Shown piece by piece: positions 37,166-46,735 of a stretch of DNA of 64,000 nucleotides (within the stretch, counting starts at the first letter, position 1; every line of letters begins with the position of its first letter). The stretch comes from Cyclobacteriaceae bacterium (GTDB lineage Bacteria; Bacteroidota; Bacteroidia; Cytophagales; Cyclobacteriaceae), in NCBI GenBank assembly GCA_044349005.1, contig JBIKRT010000004.1, positions 43,658-107,657 of the forward strand, given 5' to 3'. Made by a program: the position numbers and the translations under genes. The notes below the pieces were generated by a model. The model ran no database searches. It was given only the letters and a program-made list of their open reading frames with translations, and was not told the DNA's origin.

Positions 37166-39928
37166 TTGACCACACGTTTCTCTTCAATTTGTCAGTTTAT
37201 ACAGAATACGTCCTCCGTTAATATTTTGTTTTCAAAACTTTTGTTGACTACATTTTTAATATTCGGTTTGGTAGTCTCCTGCATAGCTCAAACAATCCTT
37301 GAAAAACGATTAGACGGAAAAGAACAGGGCAAGGCACTGGTAACCTTTATCAATGAACTTGAAAAGAACGAAAAGGTCAGATTCTATTTTATCGAAGACT
37401 GGATTAGCGCGATCCAGATAGAGAATAGTTATTCGGACCAGACTTTAGCCAGTATGTTGGATGAATTGTTTTTAGGAACACCTTTGAGTTATATAATGAT
37501 GAATCAAAACTCCATCGTTTTTGTAAAGGATGCCCGGCAGGATTTTAAAAGGAACACAATTATCAATAACGCGATTAATAATGGGAAGAAAGTTGAGAAA
37601 TTGACATTGGGGAAAGCCAGCACTTTTTCGAAGAACCAGAAAATCAATTTGAAAGGCAATGTGGTTGACGAAAAATCTAAAACTCCTATTGTTGGAGCTG
37701 CTATCAGTTTTAATGATTCAGAATGGCAAACAACCACAGGTGAAAATGGGTTATTTCAAATTCAATTGCCAGCAGGAACGTATGTGTTAAGGGTGGTGTT
37801 TGCAAATTATGAAGAGCGAGTTTTAGAATTGTTTGCTAATGAAAGTGGTACTATCGAAATTTCTTTGGAAGACACGCCTACTCTTCTCAACGAAGTTACC
37901 GTTTCTAGCCGTGATGCTGAGATAACCACAAGCCAAATTAACGTAACTCAGTTAAGCATGAAGGAAATCAAGCGAGCACCGGCATTTATGGGCGAAGTTG
38001 ATTTGATAAAACAAATTCAGTTGCTGCCGGGTGTCACCACTGTTGGTGAGGCTGCGTCTGGATTTAACGTAAGAGGAGGTGGTGTAGATCAAAATCTTAT
38101 TTTGTATGATGGCTTGCCAGTTTTTAATAGCTCCCATGCACTTGGTTTTTTCTCAGCCTTTAACTCGGAGGCTGTGAAAGATGTCACGTTCTATCGGGGT
38201 GGTATTCCCTCGGAGTTTGGTGGTCGCGTTTCCTCGGTGTTAGATATTAAGTCAAAAGAGGGTGATTTTGATAAATGGAATGGGGGTGGAGGATTGGGCA
38301 TTATTTCTAGTAATTTGCAATTAGGCGGACCAATTGTCAAAGATAAAACTTCATTATCCGCGTCAGCCAGATCAACTTATTCAGATTACTTTATAAATTC
38401 CATTAAAACAAATTATGCTGATCTAAGTAAAAGCTCGGTTTTATTTTATGATGCAACCGTTAAGGTAGCGCATAAATTTTCCGAGAAGACCAAACTAACG
38501 TTTTCAGGTTACATCAGTCAAGATCAATTTAGACTTCAGGGCGACTCGACCTATCGGTGGAATAATCTTCTCACTTCGTTAAAACTGGATCATGTATTTT
38601 CACCAAAGTTGAATTCGACTTTCATGGCTGGCTATGGTACCTACGGATATGAAGTTTTTGATGCTTCCGCTGCAAATGCTTTCAAGCTTTCCTATAAAAT
38701 TACCTATCCCCAAGTAAAGGCTGATTTCCATTATCAGGTAGGCAGCAATAAACTTTCATTTGGAGGGCAAGCCAATTATTACGGCTTCGATCCTGGCACG
38801 CTGACTCCAAACGGGCCAAGTTCTAACGTGAAATTTGTAAAAATGCAAAGTCAGCAATCTGTAGAATCTGCAGTTTATACGAGTTATGGATTTTCAATTG
38901 GCGAGAATACTCAGATCGAAGCTGGCGCCCGCCTTTCTAGCTTTACTGCATTCGGTGCAGCAACAATTAACTTATATAAACAAGGATTACCTCTTGAGAC
39001 CTTAAATCGAATCGATACCCTAAAGTTTAAATCGGGGGAAGCGATAAAAACGTATAACGGTGTTGAGCCGCGGTTGAGTTTTCGTTATTCGTTGACCCCA
39101 TCATCTTCTATAAAAATCGGATATAACAGAATATTTCAATATCTAAATTTAGTTACCAATACTGCCGCAGTAACGCCAATTGATATTTGGCAGCCAAGCG
39201 GATATTACTTTAGGCCACAGAGAGCAGACCAGATTTCTTTAGGGTTTTTCAAAACCTTTAAAGAAAAAAAGTATGATTTTTTTGTTGAGGGTTACTATAA
39301 AGACCTATCAAATATTCTTGATTATAAAGATGGAGCTCAGTTAATTTTAAATACCCATTTAGAAACAGATTTACTTCAAGGAAATGGTAAAGCCTATGGT
39401 ATAGAAACACAGATCGCCAAACAACAAGGCAGGTTAGTTGGTTCTTTTAGTTATACTTATTCACGTTCGTTGCTCACCACCAAAGGAAATACATTTTCTG
39501 AATCCATTAATAATGGGAATCCCTATCCTTCCAATTTCGATCAACCACACATCGTGAATCTGAATTGGAAATATGCTTTATCAAAACGGTTATTCTTCAC
39601 AGGGAATTTTGTTTACCGAACCGGCAGACCGGTAACTACGCCTGTATCAGCTTTTTTGATAAATAACATTTCAGTTGCAAATTTTTCTGAACGGAATCAG
39701 TTCCGAATTCCTGACTACCATCGATTAGACTTAGCATTCGTTATAGAGGGAAGCCATAAGCGGAGAAAGTTTTGGGACGGCACATGGACTTTCTCGGTGT
39801 ATAATATTTACGCGAGAAAGAATCCGTTCAGCGTGTACTTCAAAGAAGTCAATGGGTTTTTGTATCCATATCAACTTTCAATATTAGGCACAGCATTGCC
39901 TTCATTAAGCTATAGCTTTAAGTTTTAA
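37166..39928 (+). CDS. TonB-dependent receptor with STN-like and CarboxypepD_reg-like N-terminal domains
   Basis: TTG start in the ORF track (start uncertain). STN-like LASMLDELFLGTPLSYIMMNQNSIVFV. LKGNVVDEKSKTPIVGAAISF...GLFQI. Plug (LLPGVTTVGEAASGFNVRGGGVDQNLILYDG). Terminal ...LSYSFKF. Confidence 0.8.
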   Translation: MTTRFSSICQFIQNTSSVNILFSKLLLTTFLIFGLVVSCIAQTILEKRLDGKEQGKALVTFINELEKNEKVRFYFIEDWISAIQIENSYSDQTLASMLDELFLGTPLSYIMMNQNSIVFVKDARQDFKRNTIINNAINNGKKVEKLTLGKASTFSKNQKINLKGNVVDEKSKTPIVGAAISFNDSEWQTTTGENGLFQIQLPAGTYVLRVVFANYEERVLELFANESGTIEISLEDTPTLLNEVTVSSRDAEITTSQINVTQLSMKEIKRAPAFMGEVDLIKQIQLLPGVTTVGEAASGFNVRGGGVDQNLILYDGLPVFNSSHALGFFSAFNSEAVKDVTFYRGGIPSEFGGRVSSVLDIKSKEGDFDKWNGGGGLGIISSNLQLGGPIVKDKTSLSASARSTYSDYFINSIKTNYADLSKSSVLFYDATVKVAHKFSEKTKLTFSGYISQDQFRLQGDSTYRWNNLLTSLKLDHVFSPKLNSTFMAGYGTYGYEVFDASAANAFKLSYKITYPQVKADFHYQVGSNKLSFGGQANYYGFDPGTLTPNGPSSNVKFVKMQSQQSVESAVYTSYGFSIGENTQIEAGARLSSFTAFGAATINLYKQGLPLETLNRIDTLKFKSGEAIKTYNGVEPRLSFRYSLTPSSSIKIGYNRIFQYLNLVTNTAAVTPIDIWQPSGYYFRPQRADQISLGFFKTFKEKKYDFFVEGYYKDLSNILDYKDGAQLILNTHLETDLLQGNGKAYGIETQIAKQQGRLVGSFSYTYSRSLLTTKGNTFSESINNGNPYPSNFDQPHIVNLNWKYALSKRLFFTGNFVYRTGRPVTTPVSAFLINNISVANFSERNQFRIPDYHRLDLAFVIEGSHKRRKFWDGTWTFSVYNIYARKNPFSVYFKEVNGFLYPYQLSILGTALPSLSYSFKF

Positions 39929-39930
39929 TT

Positions 39931-41043
39931 ATGATTAGGTCAGGTTTCGCTTTTTTGTTTCTTTTAATAATTTTTTCCTGTGTTGATAGAATAGCGATAC
40001 CTATTCCATCCGAGTTTGCCGATGACTTGGTCGTGGACGGTTTAATTACCGATGAACAAGGCCCTTACACAGTATACCTTTCGCGAGTGTCAAAAGTAGA
40101 TGGCCAATCCAAAAAAGGTATTGCAGTTTCGGCAGTGAGGGTTGCTATTTCAGACAACTTTGGTAATTCAGAGATATTAACGGAAAACCCACTGGGTACT
40201 TATAAAACGAAGGTGGGAGGCATAAAAGGAGTGATTGGCAGGGAATACACAATTAAGATTGAGACTCGTGACGGAAAAGTTTACCAATCAAGTCCTGAAA
40301 AAATCAATCCCGTTAGCGATATTGATAATCTTTATTATCAATTAGAAACATCTAACCTCGGTGGCGTTCCAAAATATGGATACAGAATTTACATTGAATC
40401 GAAAGCGTTAACCAATTCAGAAAATTTAATGCGATGGAAACTGTCAGGTACTTATATCGTTGAAACCTTTCCCGAACTACACACAATTCGCTGCGGAGAA
40501 TCTGTTTGCCCCGATCCGTTGCCTTGCAGTTCTTATGCATTGGATAATGGAGCGGTTGCGGTGGTGGTTGGTAAAAAATGTGAATGTTGTAGATGTTGGG
40601 TCACGGATCAGGAAGATAAGCCAAAGGTGGGAGATAATCAGTTTGTTTTAGCAGCGAAGTCATCAACTGTTGAAGTGGGCTTCGTACCAATTGATTATTA
40701 TCGTTTTTTTGAAAAGTATCGGGTGGAAGTGAAACAAATGAGCATTTCACGTGCAGCTTATGATTTTTGGAGAGCAGTTCAACTTCAAAAGGAGGGCACA
40801 GGAAGTCTTTTTCAAAGTCCAGCAGGTCGAACCAAAGGAAATCTTTTTGAAAAAAGTGGAGCTAGCGTTCAGGGCATATTTTATGCAGCTGCTGTAAAAA
40901 GTAGGCAGTTGTATATTCGAAAACAGGATGTAACTGTTCAAATTTCAGTGCCCATAAATATTGCTGGGCCTGGCAAAATACCTGAGAGTTGTATCAACGC
41001 ATTTGAATTCTCAACTAATCAACAACCCTCTGATTGGAAATGA
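39931..41043 (+). CDS. DUF4249-like lipoprotein
   Basis: Lipobox IIFSC. LVVDGLITDEQGPYTVYLSR is typical of DUF4249. It sits directly after a TonB-dependent receptor gene, the usual partner of DUF4249 genes. Confidence 0.55.
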   Translation: MIRSGFAFLFLLIIFSCVDRIAIPIPSEFADDLVVDGLITDEQGPYTVYLSRVSKVDGQSKKGIAVSAVRVAISDNFGNSEILTENPLGTYKTKVGGIKGVIGREYTIKIETRDGKVYQSSPEKINPVSDIDNLYYQLETSNLGGVPKYGYRIYIESKALTNSENLMRWKLSGTYIVETFPELHTIRCGESVCPDPLPCSSYALDNGAVAVVVGKKCECCRCWVTDQEDKPKVGDNQFVLAAKSSTVEVGFVPIDYYRFFEKYRVEVKQMSISRAAYDFWRAVQLQKEGTGSLFQSPAGRTKGNLFEKSGASVQGIFYAAAVKSRQLYIRKQDVTVQISVPINIAGPGKIPESCINAFEFSTNQQPSDWK

Positions 41044-43397
41044 AAAAAAATATACTTTTTTCTGTTTTAGCATTGATCTTTTTAGCCTTAAAGCCTGCGG
41101 ATGATTTTTTGATTTTGAGTATTCAAAAATTTAATGATTATGCTAAAATTAATCCGATCGTAAAGGTACAACTTGTATTAAACCAGACTAAATACTCACC
41201 AGGAGACACAATTTTTTTTAAGTCGTTTTTTATCGGTTCTGACCATAAGCCAATAAGAGGAAAACAGATATTAGAAGCCGAACTGCGAGATGAGGACGAT
41301 AACTTAGTCAATCAAATTAGTTTCAGAATAATAGACGGAATAGCGGAAAACCAAATGACCATACCTGAGAAGTTGGGGGCAGGAAACTACAAGCTTGTTT
41401 CTTATAGCCGATGGATGAAGAATTTTGACGAAAAATATTTTTTTTCGAAAGAGATTTCGATCGTTAATAAATTTCAAATAGAAAGCAGCAAAGAACTAAA
41501 CAAGACGCCAATATTTTCTTTCTTCCCAGAGGGGGGCTCGCTGATAGCGGGATTATGGAATAAAATCTTACTAAAATCAAACGTAGCGGGCGAGATTAAA
41601 ATCAAAGATAGTGCAGGTAAAATAGTTTTATCTTGCCAAACTGATAATTACGGTATTGCCACTACTAAGTTTTTTCCAATTCAAAACGAGATCTATTCCG
41701 CGGAGATTGGAACCAAATCTGTGCGTATTGACACCCCAGAAAAAGATGGCATAGGACTTGAACTTCTATCAAGTGAAACAAATGCGCAGTCAATTAATTT
41801 GAAAATAGCGGTCGCTAGCAACTCCAAATACAAGAACAAAGCAATTTATTTTCTTTCTACCGCAAAAAACAAAGTCATCTTTTCAAAATTAATTCAATTT
41901 ACTGATCAGGATAGTATTAAACTTACTATTCCACAGAAGGTGATAGAGGACGGACTCAATCAGGCGTTCGTTTTAGATGCGCAAGGAAATGTCATTGCCG
42001 AGCGTATTTTTTGGCATAACCCCCCGAAAATACAAGTTTCTTTCAATTCTCAACGCTGGGGGATTCAACAGCGCTCTAATTGTACAATCGAACTTGGATT
42101 GTCAGACGAGAATGGGAACGGATTAACAGGTGAGGGGGTAATAGGCATTACAAATGCAAGTCTTTTTAATGAAACGATTCCTTCATTTGATAACGAAATT
42201 TATTTTTCTGATTTGCCTGAGCTAAGTCGAGAAATAACAGAAAGACAAATAAAAGCAGAGTCTTTGCCAGAGAAATTAAACGATTTGTTAATAGATTATA
42301 AATGGGATAGAATTCCTTGGAAAAGTATAATAAGTGAGCAATGGCAAAAACCCATTCATAAGTTTAGGTATTCACTTGATGTTAGTGGTAAGGCTCATTA
42401 TAAAGGTTCGAATGAGCCCCTGCAGGATTCTACCAAACTCACTATTTACCTTCAAGATCATTTGATAGGTTATGATTTGTATATTAACAAAAACGGTTCA
42501 TTTGAACTGCCCTCGATGTACGATTTTTGGGGCTTGGACCGACTATTTTATATAGCAGAAAAGGACGGGAAAGAAATAAAACGAGACATTGTGTTAACCA
42601 TTGATGCAGAAAAGACGGCAGCGACAACATCTCGACTTTCAAAACCAAATGACAAACTGGATTCCTATGCGGATTTTAAATCGAAGAAAGAAATTATTGA
42701 TAAGTCCTTCAACTATTATGCTATTCTTAAAAATCGACAAAAACAGTTTAATCCTAATCAAGAGATAGAAGATGAACTTGGAGGTGTAGATTGGCAGATA
42801 AAGACTGAAGATTATCTCGTTTTTTCAACAATGGAAGAATTAATCCATGAGTTGCTTTCCTTTATTAAATTCAGGAAGAAAGAGGAAAATAGTTCTATTA
42901 GAATGGTTTTGATTCAGGGGAATCAAAATAAATATGCAAATGCTGACCCTTTGTTTATTATCGATGGGGAAATGACAAAAGATATTTCGTATTTCCTTTC
43001 CTTTAAACCGAAAGATATTCTTACAATCAAGATAGTAAGGGATAACATCAAGCTTTCAAAACTTGGCACGATAGCAAAGAATGGCGTAATATTAGTTCAA
43101 ACGAAAAAGGAGATAGTTGGAAAGCCCAAAGCTCAAAATCTTGCAATTGTTAGGGGCTTAAATTTTTATAAGCCCTCCGTTAAAAAGCAATATTCCAAAG
43201 AGAATAATCGCAGAGTTCCTGACTTTAGAGCCACAATGTATTGGAATCCGGAATTAAAATTTGATGAATCAGGAAAATCTAGCTTGAGTTTCTTTTCAAG
43301 CGATGACAATGGAGTTTTAAATATCTGCTTTTCCGGGATTACCAGAGAGGGGATGCCATTTTCTTCTAAAACACGAATTGAAGTAAGAGCCGAGTAA
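41034..43397 (+). CDS. Large secreted MG2-like + plug-like protein, no beta-barrel (paralog B)
   Basis: KYSPGDTIFFKSFF...GNYKLVSYSRWMKNF (MG2-like). PLFIIDGEMT...ILTIKIV...NGVILVQTKK (plug-like). YWNP tail. Overlaps the DUF4249 gene by 10 nt. Confidence 0.55.
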   Translation: MEMKKNILFSVLALIFLALKPADDFLILSIQKFNDYAKINPIVKVQLVLNQTKYSPGDTIFFKSFFIGSDHKPIRGKQILEAELRDEDDNLVNQISFRIIDGIAENQMTIPEKLGAGNYKLVSYSRWMKNFDEKYFFSKEISIVNKFQIESSKELNKTPIFSFFPEGGSLIAGLWNKILLKSNVAGEIKIKDSAGKIVLSCQTDNYGIATTKFFPIQNEIYSAEIGTKSVRIDTPEKDGIGLELLSSETNAQSINLKIAVASNSKYKNKAIYFLSTAKNKVIFSKLIQFTDQDSIKLTIPQKVIEDGLNQAFVLDAQGNVIAERIFWHNPPKIQVSFNSQRWGIQQRSNCTIELGLSDENGNGLTGEGVIGITNASLFNETIPSFDNEIYFSDLPELSREITERQIKAESLPEKLNDLLIDYKWDRIPWKSIISEQWQKPIHKFRYSLDVSGKAHYKGSNEPLQDSTKLTIYLQDHLIGYDLYINKNGSFELPSMYDFWGLDRLFYIAEKDGKEIKRDIVLTIDAEKTAATTSRLSKPNDKLDSYADFKSKKEIIDKSFNYYAILKNRQKQFNPNQEIEDELGGVDWQIKTEDYLVFSTMEELIHELLSFIKFRKKEENSSIRMVLIQGNQNKYANADPLFIIDGEMTKDISYFLSFKPKDILTIKIVRDNIKLSKLGTIAKNGVILVQTKKEIVGKPKAQNLAIVRGLNFYKPSVKKQYSKENNRRVPDFRATMYWNPELKFDESGKSSLSFFSSDDNGVLNICFSGITREGMPFSSKTRIEVRAE

Positions 43398-43407
43398 GAC
43401 CGGCAGG

Positions 43408-44247
43408 TTACCTTATTATTCTCAGCAATGTGCTCAACCTACTCTTCAAGTTCCTCCTGTCTACGATAAAATCTAAGAAGCCGTGATCGAGTACAAATTC
43501 TGCACTTTGAAATCCAGTGGGTAAATCTTTACCAATTGTTTCTTTAATTACCCTAGGGCCGGCAAAACCAATCAACGCACCCGGTTCAGAAATATTAAAA
43601 TCGCCAAGCATCGCGTAAGAGGCCGTTACGCCTCCGGTTGTTGGGTCAGTTAAAAGCGATATATAGGGAATGTTAGCTTCGCTCAACAAAGCCAGTTTTG
43701 CGGATGTCTTGGCCATCTGCATTAAGGAAAGGCCTGCTTCCATCATGCGTGCACCCCCCGATCTTGAAATCATCAAAAAGGGGGTACTCGTTTTTAAGCT
43801 GTGGTCTATTGCCCTAGCTATTTTTTCACCCACCACTGATCCCATCGAACCCCCAATGAAGTTAAAATCCATACACGCAATGGTTAGATCAAGATTATTC
43901 ATTTTGCCGTAGGCACTTCTCACTGCGTCTTTGAGTTGAGTTTTTTCTTGACTCTCTTTTATTCTTTTCGGATAGGGTTTTGTATCGATAAATTTTAATG
44001 GATCGCCTGACATCATGTCGGCATCCAGCTCAGTAAATTCATTGTTATCAAAAAGAATCTCAAAATATTCGGCCGAACCAATGCGCACATGATGATCCTC
44101 TTCAGGCACAACATATGCATTGTTTTTTAGCTCACGTGTATGAACAATTTTGCCACCAGGCGACTTGAACCAAAGGCCATCGGGCACTTCACGCTTTGAT
44201 TCGGTCGGGGTGAGAATACCTTTGTCTGTGCGCTTAAACCAAGGCAT
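43408..44247 (-). CDS. accD: Acetyl-CoA carboxylase carboxyltransferase beta subunit
   Basis: [14 protein letters not shown]...[20 protein letters not shown]...GFAGPRVI. Confidence 0.9.
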   Translation of the reverse strand: MPWFKRTDKGILTPTESKREVPDGLWFKSPGGKIVHTRELKNNAYVVPEEDHHVRIGSAEYFEILFDNNEFTELDADMMSGDPLKFIDTKPYPKRIKESQEKTQLKDAVRSAYGKMNNLDLTIACMDFNFIGGSMGSVVGEKIARAIDHSLKTSTPFLMISRSGGARMMEAGLSLMQMAKTSAKLALLSEANIPYISLLTDPTTGGVTASYAMLGDFNISEPGALIGFAGPRVIKETIGKDLPTGFQSAEFVLDHGFLDFIVDRRNLKSRLSTLLRIIR

Positions 44248-44263
44248 AATTTTTATTTTCGTT

Positions 44264-44297
44264 AAATAAAAAAACCGATCAGTATTTCTGATCGGTT
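44264..44297 (-). terminator. Rho-independent terminator after fbaB
   Basis: 10-bp stem at 44273-44282 / 44288-44297, followed on the minus strand by a T-run. Confidence 0.75.
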
Positions 44298-44313
44298 GAT
44301 AAAGTTATAAAAG

Positions 44314-45387
44314 TTAAGCTAAATCAATGCTCTTGTCCAGATACACATCTTGTATTGCATTCAGAATTTCAATTCCGTCTGCAAGTGGTTTTTGGAACGC
44401 CTTTCTTCCCGAAATAAGTCCCATTCCGCCAGCCCTTTTATTGATTACTGCCGTCTCAATCGCATCGGCTAAGTCAGAGGCTCCCTTTGATTCTCCTCCA
44501 GAGTTTATTAAACCAGCTCTGCCCATATAGCAATTGGCTACTTGGTAACGGCATAGGTCAATTGGGTGGTCTGTTGTCAACTCACTGTATATCCTTTCGT
44601 CCAATTTTCCATAGCTAGATCCGCCCGTATTCAACATTTTATATCCACCATTATTAGTGGCCAGCTTTTGCTTTATTATGTCAGCCTGAATGGTAACACC
44701 TAAATGGTTTGCCTGGCCGGTCAAGTCAGCTGAGGTATGGTAATCAACACCATCTTTTTTGAAGGCATTGTTCCTAGTGTAGCACCATAAAATAGTAGCC
44801 ATACCCAGTTCATGTGCTCGTTCGAAGGCTAGAGAGACTTCTTGAATTTGGCGAGTTGCACCATCGGATCCAAAATAAATGGTGGCGCCTACTGCGCAGG
44901 CTCCAAGATTCCAGGCTTCATCCACAGAGCCGAACATGATTTCGTCTGCCTTGTTAGGGTAGGTTAAAAGTTCGTTGTGATTGATTTTTACAATGAATGG
45001 AATTTTATGAGCATATTTTCGCGACACAATCGCCAAGTTTCCGTAAGTGGTTGCAACAGCATTACAACCTCCTTCAATGGCCAACTTAACGATATTTTCA
45101 GGATCGAAATACATCGGGTTTTTCGCAAAGGATGCGCCAGCACTGTGTTCAATCCCCTGATCGATAGGAAGGATCGAAAGAAATCCAGTTTCAGCCAAAC
45201 GTCCGTAATTAAATAATGCCCCCAAGCTCCTTAGTACTTGAGGATTTCTATTCGATTGAACAAAAATCCTGTCTATAAAGTCAGGAGTTGGAGTATGTAA
45301 AGTTTCTTTGGGGAAAGTCTTGCTTTTGTAATCTAACAAGTACTTGGCTTTGTCACCAAGAATTTCTGATACGTTTCTTTTTGCCAT
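44314..45387 (-). CDS. fbaB: Class I fructose-bisphosphate aldolase (FbaB/DhnA type)
   Basis: Near-colinear resemblance to E. coli FbaB ([54 protein letters not shown]). I prefer the ATG at 45387 because a TATATTTG box (45407-45414) lies inside the longer TTG-initiated ORF. Confidence 0.88.
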   Translation of the reverse strand: MAKRNVSEILGDKAKYLLDYKSKTFPKETLHTPTPDFIDRIFVQSNRNPQVLRSLGALFNYGRLAETGFLSILPIDQGIEHSAGASFAKNPMYFDPENIVKLAIEGGCNAVATTYGNLAIVSRKYAHKIPFIVKINHNELLTYPNKADEIMFGSVDEAWNLGACAVGATIYFGSDGATRQIQEVSLAFERAHELGMATILWCYTRNNAFKKDGVDYHTSADLTGQANHLGVTIQADIIKQKLATNNGGYKMLNTGGSSYGKLDERIYSELTTDHPIDLCRYQVANCYMGRAGLINSGGESKGASDLADAIETAVINKRAGGMGLISGRKAFQKPLADGIEILNAIQDVYLDKSIDLA

Positions 45388-45406
45388 AATGATAGACGGT
45401 GAGGGG

Positions 45407-45414
45407 CAAATATA
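45407..45414 (-). promoter_or_regulatory. Putative -7 promoter box (TATATTTG) for fbaB
   Basis: Exact TAnnTTTG on the minus strand, 19 nt upstream of the ATG at 45387. Confidence 0.5.
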
Positions 45415-45460
45415 GGATTCCTTCCTATGCCGTCCAAGCAGCAGACTTTGTTTGTCTTTC

Positions 45461-45498
45461 AAATAAAAAAGGTCTTTTCCGTTTGAAAAAGACCTTTT
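45461..45498 (-). terminator. Rho-independent terminator after rplS
   Basis: 12-bp stem at 45467-45478 / 45487-45498 with T-rich flanks. Confidence 0.7.
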
Positions 45499-45516
45499 AG
45501 CTAGAGAATGGCTAAG

Positions 45517-45888
45517 TTACTTAGCAGACAACTGAGTCAATTTTTCTTTTATCCTCGCTGATTTACCTTGACGACCTTTCAAGAAGTAAAGTTTTGCTCT
45601 TCTTACTTTACCGACTTTTAGTACTTCTATTTTGTCGATGCTCGGGCTTAGTATCGGAAATATCCTTTCAACACCTACTCCGTTTGATACTTTTCTTACC
45701 GAAAACGATTCTCCATTTGTGCTTTTGTTCTTTCGATACAAAACTACACCTTGAAACTGTTGAATTCTTTCTTTGTTCCCTTCGCTGATTTTTACGTGAA
45801 CATTTATCGTATCGCCCGCTTTAAAGGAGGGATGTTTTTCTCTTGTTGCCGCAAGTTCTTGTTCTACTAGTTTTATTAAATCAGCCAT
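45517..45888 (-). CDS. rplS: 50S ribosomal protein L19
   Basis: ...[29 protein letters not shown]...[16 protein letters not shown]. Confidence 0.95.
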   Translation of the reverse strand: MADLIKLVEQELAATREKHPSFKAGDTINVHVKISEGNKERIQQFQGVVLYRKNKSTNGESFSVRKVSNGVGVERIFPILSPSIDKIEVLKVGKVRRAKLYFLKGRQGKSARIKEKLTQLSAK

Positions 45889-45896
45889 GGGACTCG

Positions 45897-45921
45897 TTTT
45901 TTAAAATGGAGTGCAAATATA
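45897..45921 (-). promoter_or_regulatory. Promoter -7 box plus conserved leader of rplS
   Basis: The minus strand reads TATATTTGCACTCCATTTTAAAAAA, 33 nt before the ATG. It matches the rplU motif at 24 of 25 positions. Confidence 0.6.
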
Positions 45922-45927
45922 GACATG

Positions 45928-45959
45928 AATTACGAATTACAAATTACGAATTACGAATT
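45928..45959. repeat. Tandem heptamer AATTACG x4.5
   Basis: aattacg aattaca aattacg aattacg aattt. Lies immediately upstream of the rplS -7 box. The variant unit supplies a TTTG on the minus strand, 18 nt upstream of the -7 box. Confidence 0.85.
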
Positions 45960-46045
45960 TTAAATTCGGGCGCGGTTTCAAAAAGCAGATTTCAGATTTT
46001 GTAGTGATCGTCAGGCACGAGAACATTACATATAACCTCGGCATT

Positions 46046-46732
46046 TCAATTCTCATTGCCTTTCAAAAGATAAGGCCTTCTTTTTTGAGTTCTTTCAAGG
46101 GATTGAATACTTCTCCACTCGCGAATTCTTGATTCATGGCCTGAAAGAAGAACCTCAGGTACCCTCCAACCATTGTATTCCGCGGGCCTAGAATATACAG
46201 GTGGGGCAATTAAGCCATCCTGAAAAGAGTCTGACAAAGCAGATGTTTCGTCTGACAAAACACCTGGCAGCAGCCGAATGATTGAGTCTGCCAAAACGGC
46301 TGCCGCCAGTTCGCCCCCGGAAATAACAAAATCACCTATGCTAATTTCTTTTGTGATAAGGTGTTCGCGGATACGTTCATCCACTCCCTTATAATGCCCG
46401 CAAAGCATAATCAAATTCTGTTTGAGACTGAGTTGGTTAGCCACCGATTGAGTGAGTAGTTCTCCATCTGGGCTCATGTAAATTATTTCATCATACGTAT
46501 TCTTACCTTTCAGTGAAGAGATGCATCGATCTATTGGCTCGATCATCATAACCATGCCTGCACCTCCGCCAAAAGCGTAGTCATCTACCGACTTTTGTTT
46601 ATTGGTTGAATAGTTGCGAAGGTCATGCACATTAACTTTGACCAACCCCTTTTGCTGCGCTCTTTTTAATATTGAATCAGAGAAAGGGCTTTCAAGTAAC
46701 TTAGGCAAGCATGTGATGATATCAATTTGCAT
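46046..46732 (-). CDS. trmD: tRNA (guanine37-N1)-methyltransferase
   Basis: [13 protein letters not shown]...[10 protein letters not shown]...[14 protein letters not shown]. Confidence 0.95.
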   Translation of the reverse strand: MQIDIITCLPKLLESPFSDSILKRAQQKGLVKVNVHDLRNYSTNKQKSVDDYAFGGGAGMVMMIEPIDRCISSLKGKNTYDEIIYMSPDGELLTQSVANQLSLKQNLIMLCGHYKGVDERIREHLITKEISIGDFVISGGELAAAVLADSIIRLLPGVLSDETSALSDSFQDGLIAPPVYSRPAEYNGWRVPEVLLSGHESRIREWRSIQSLERTQKRRPYLLKGNEN

Positions 46733-46735
46733 AGA

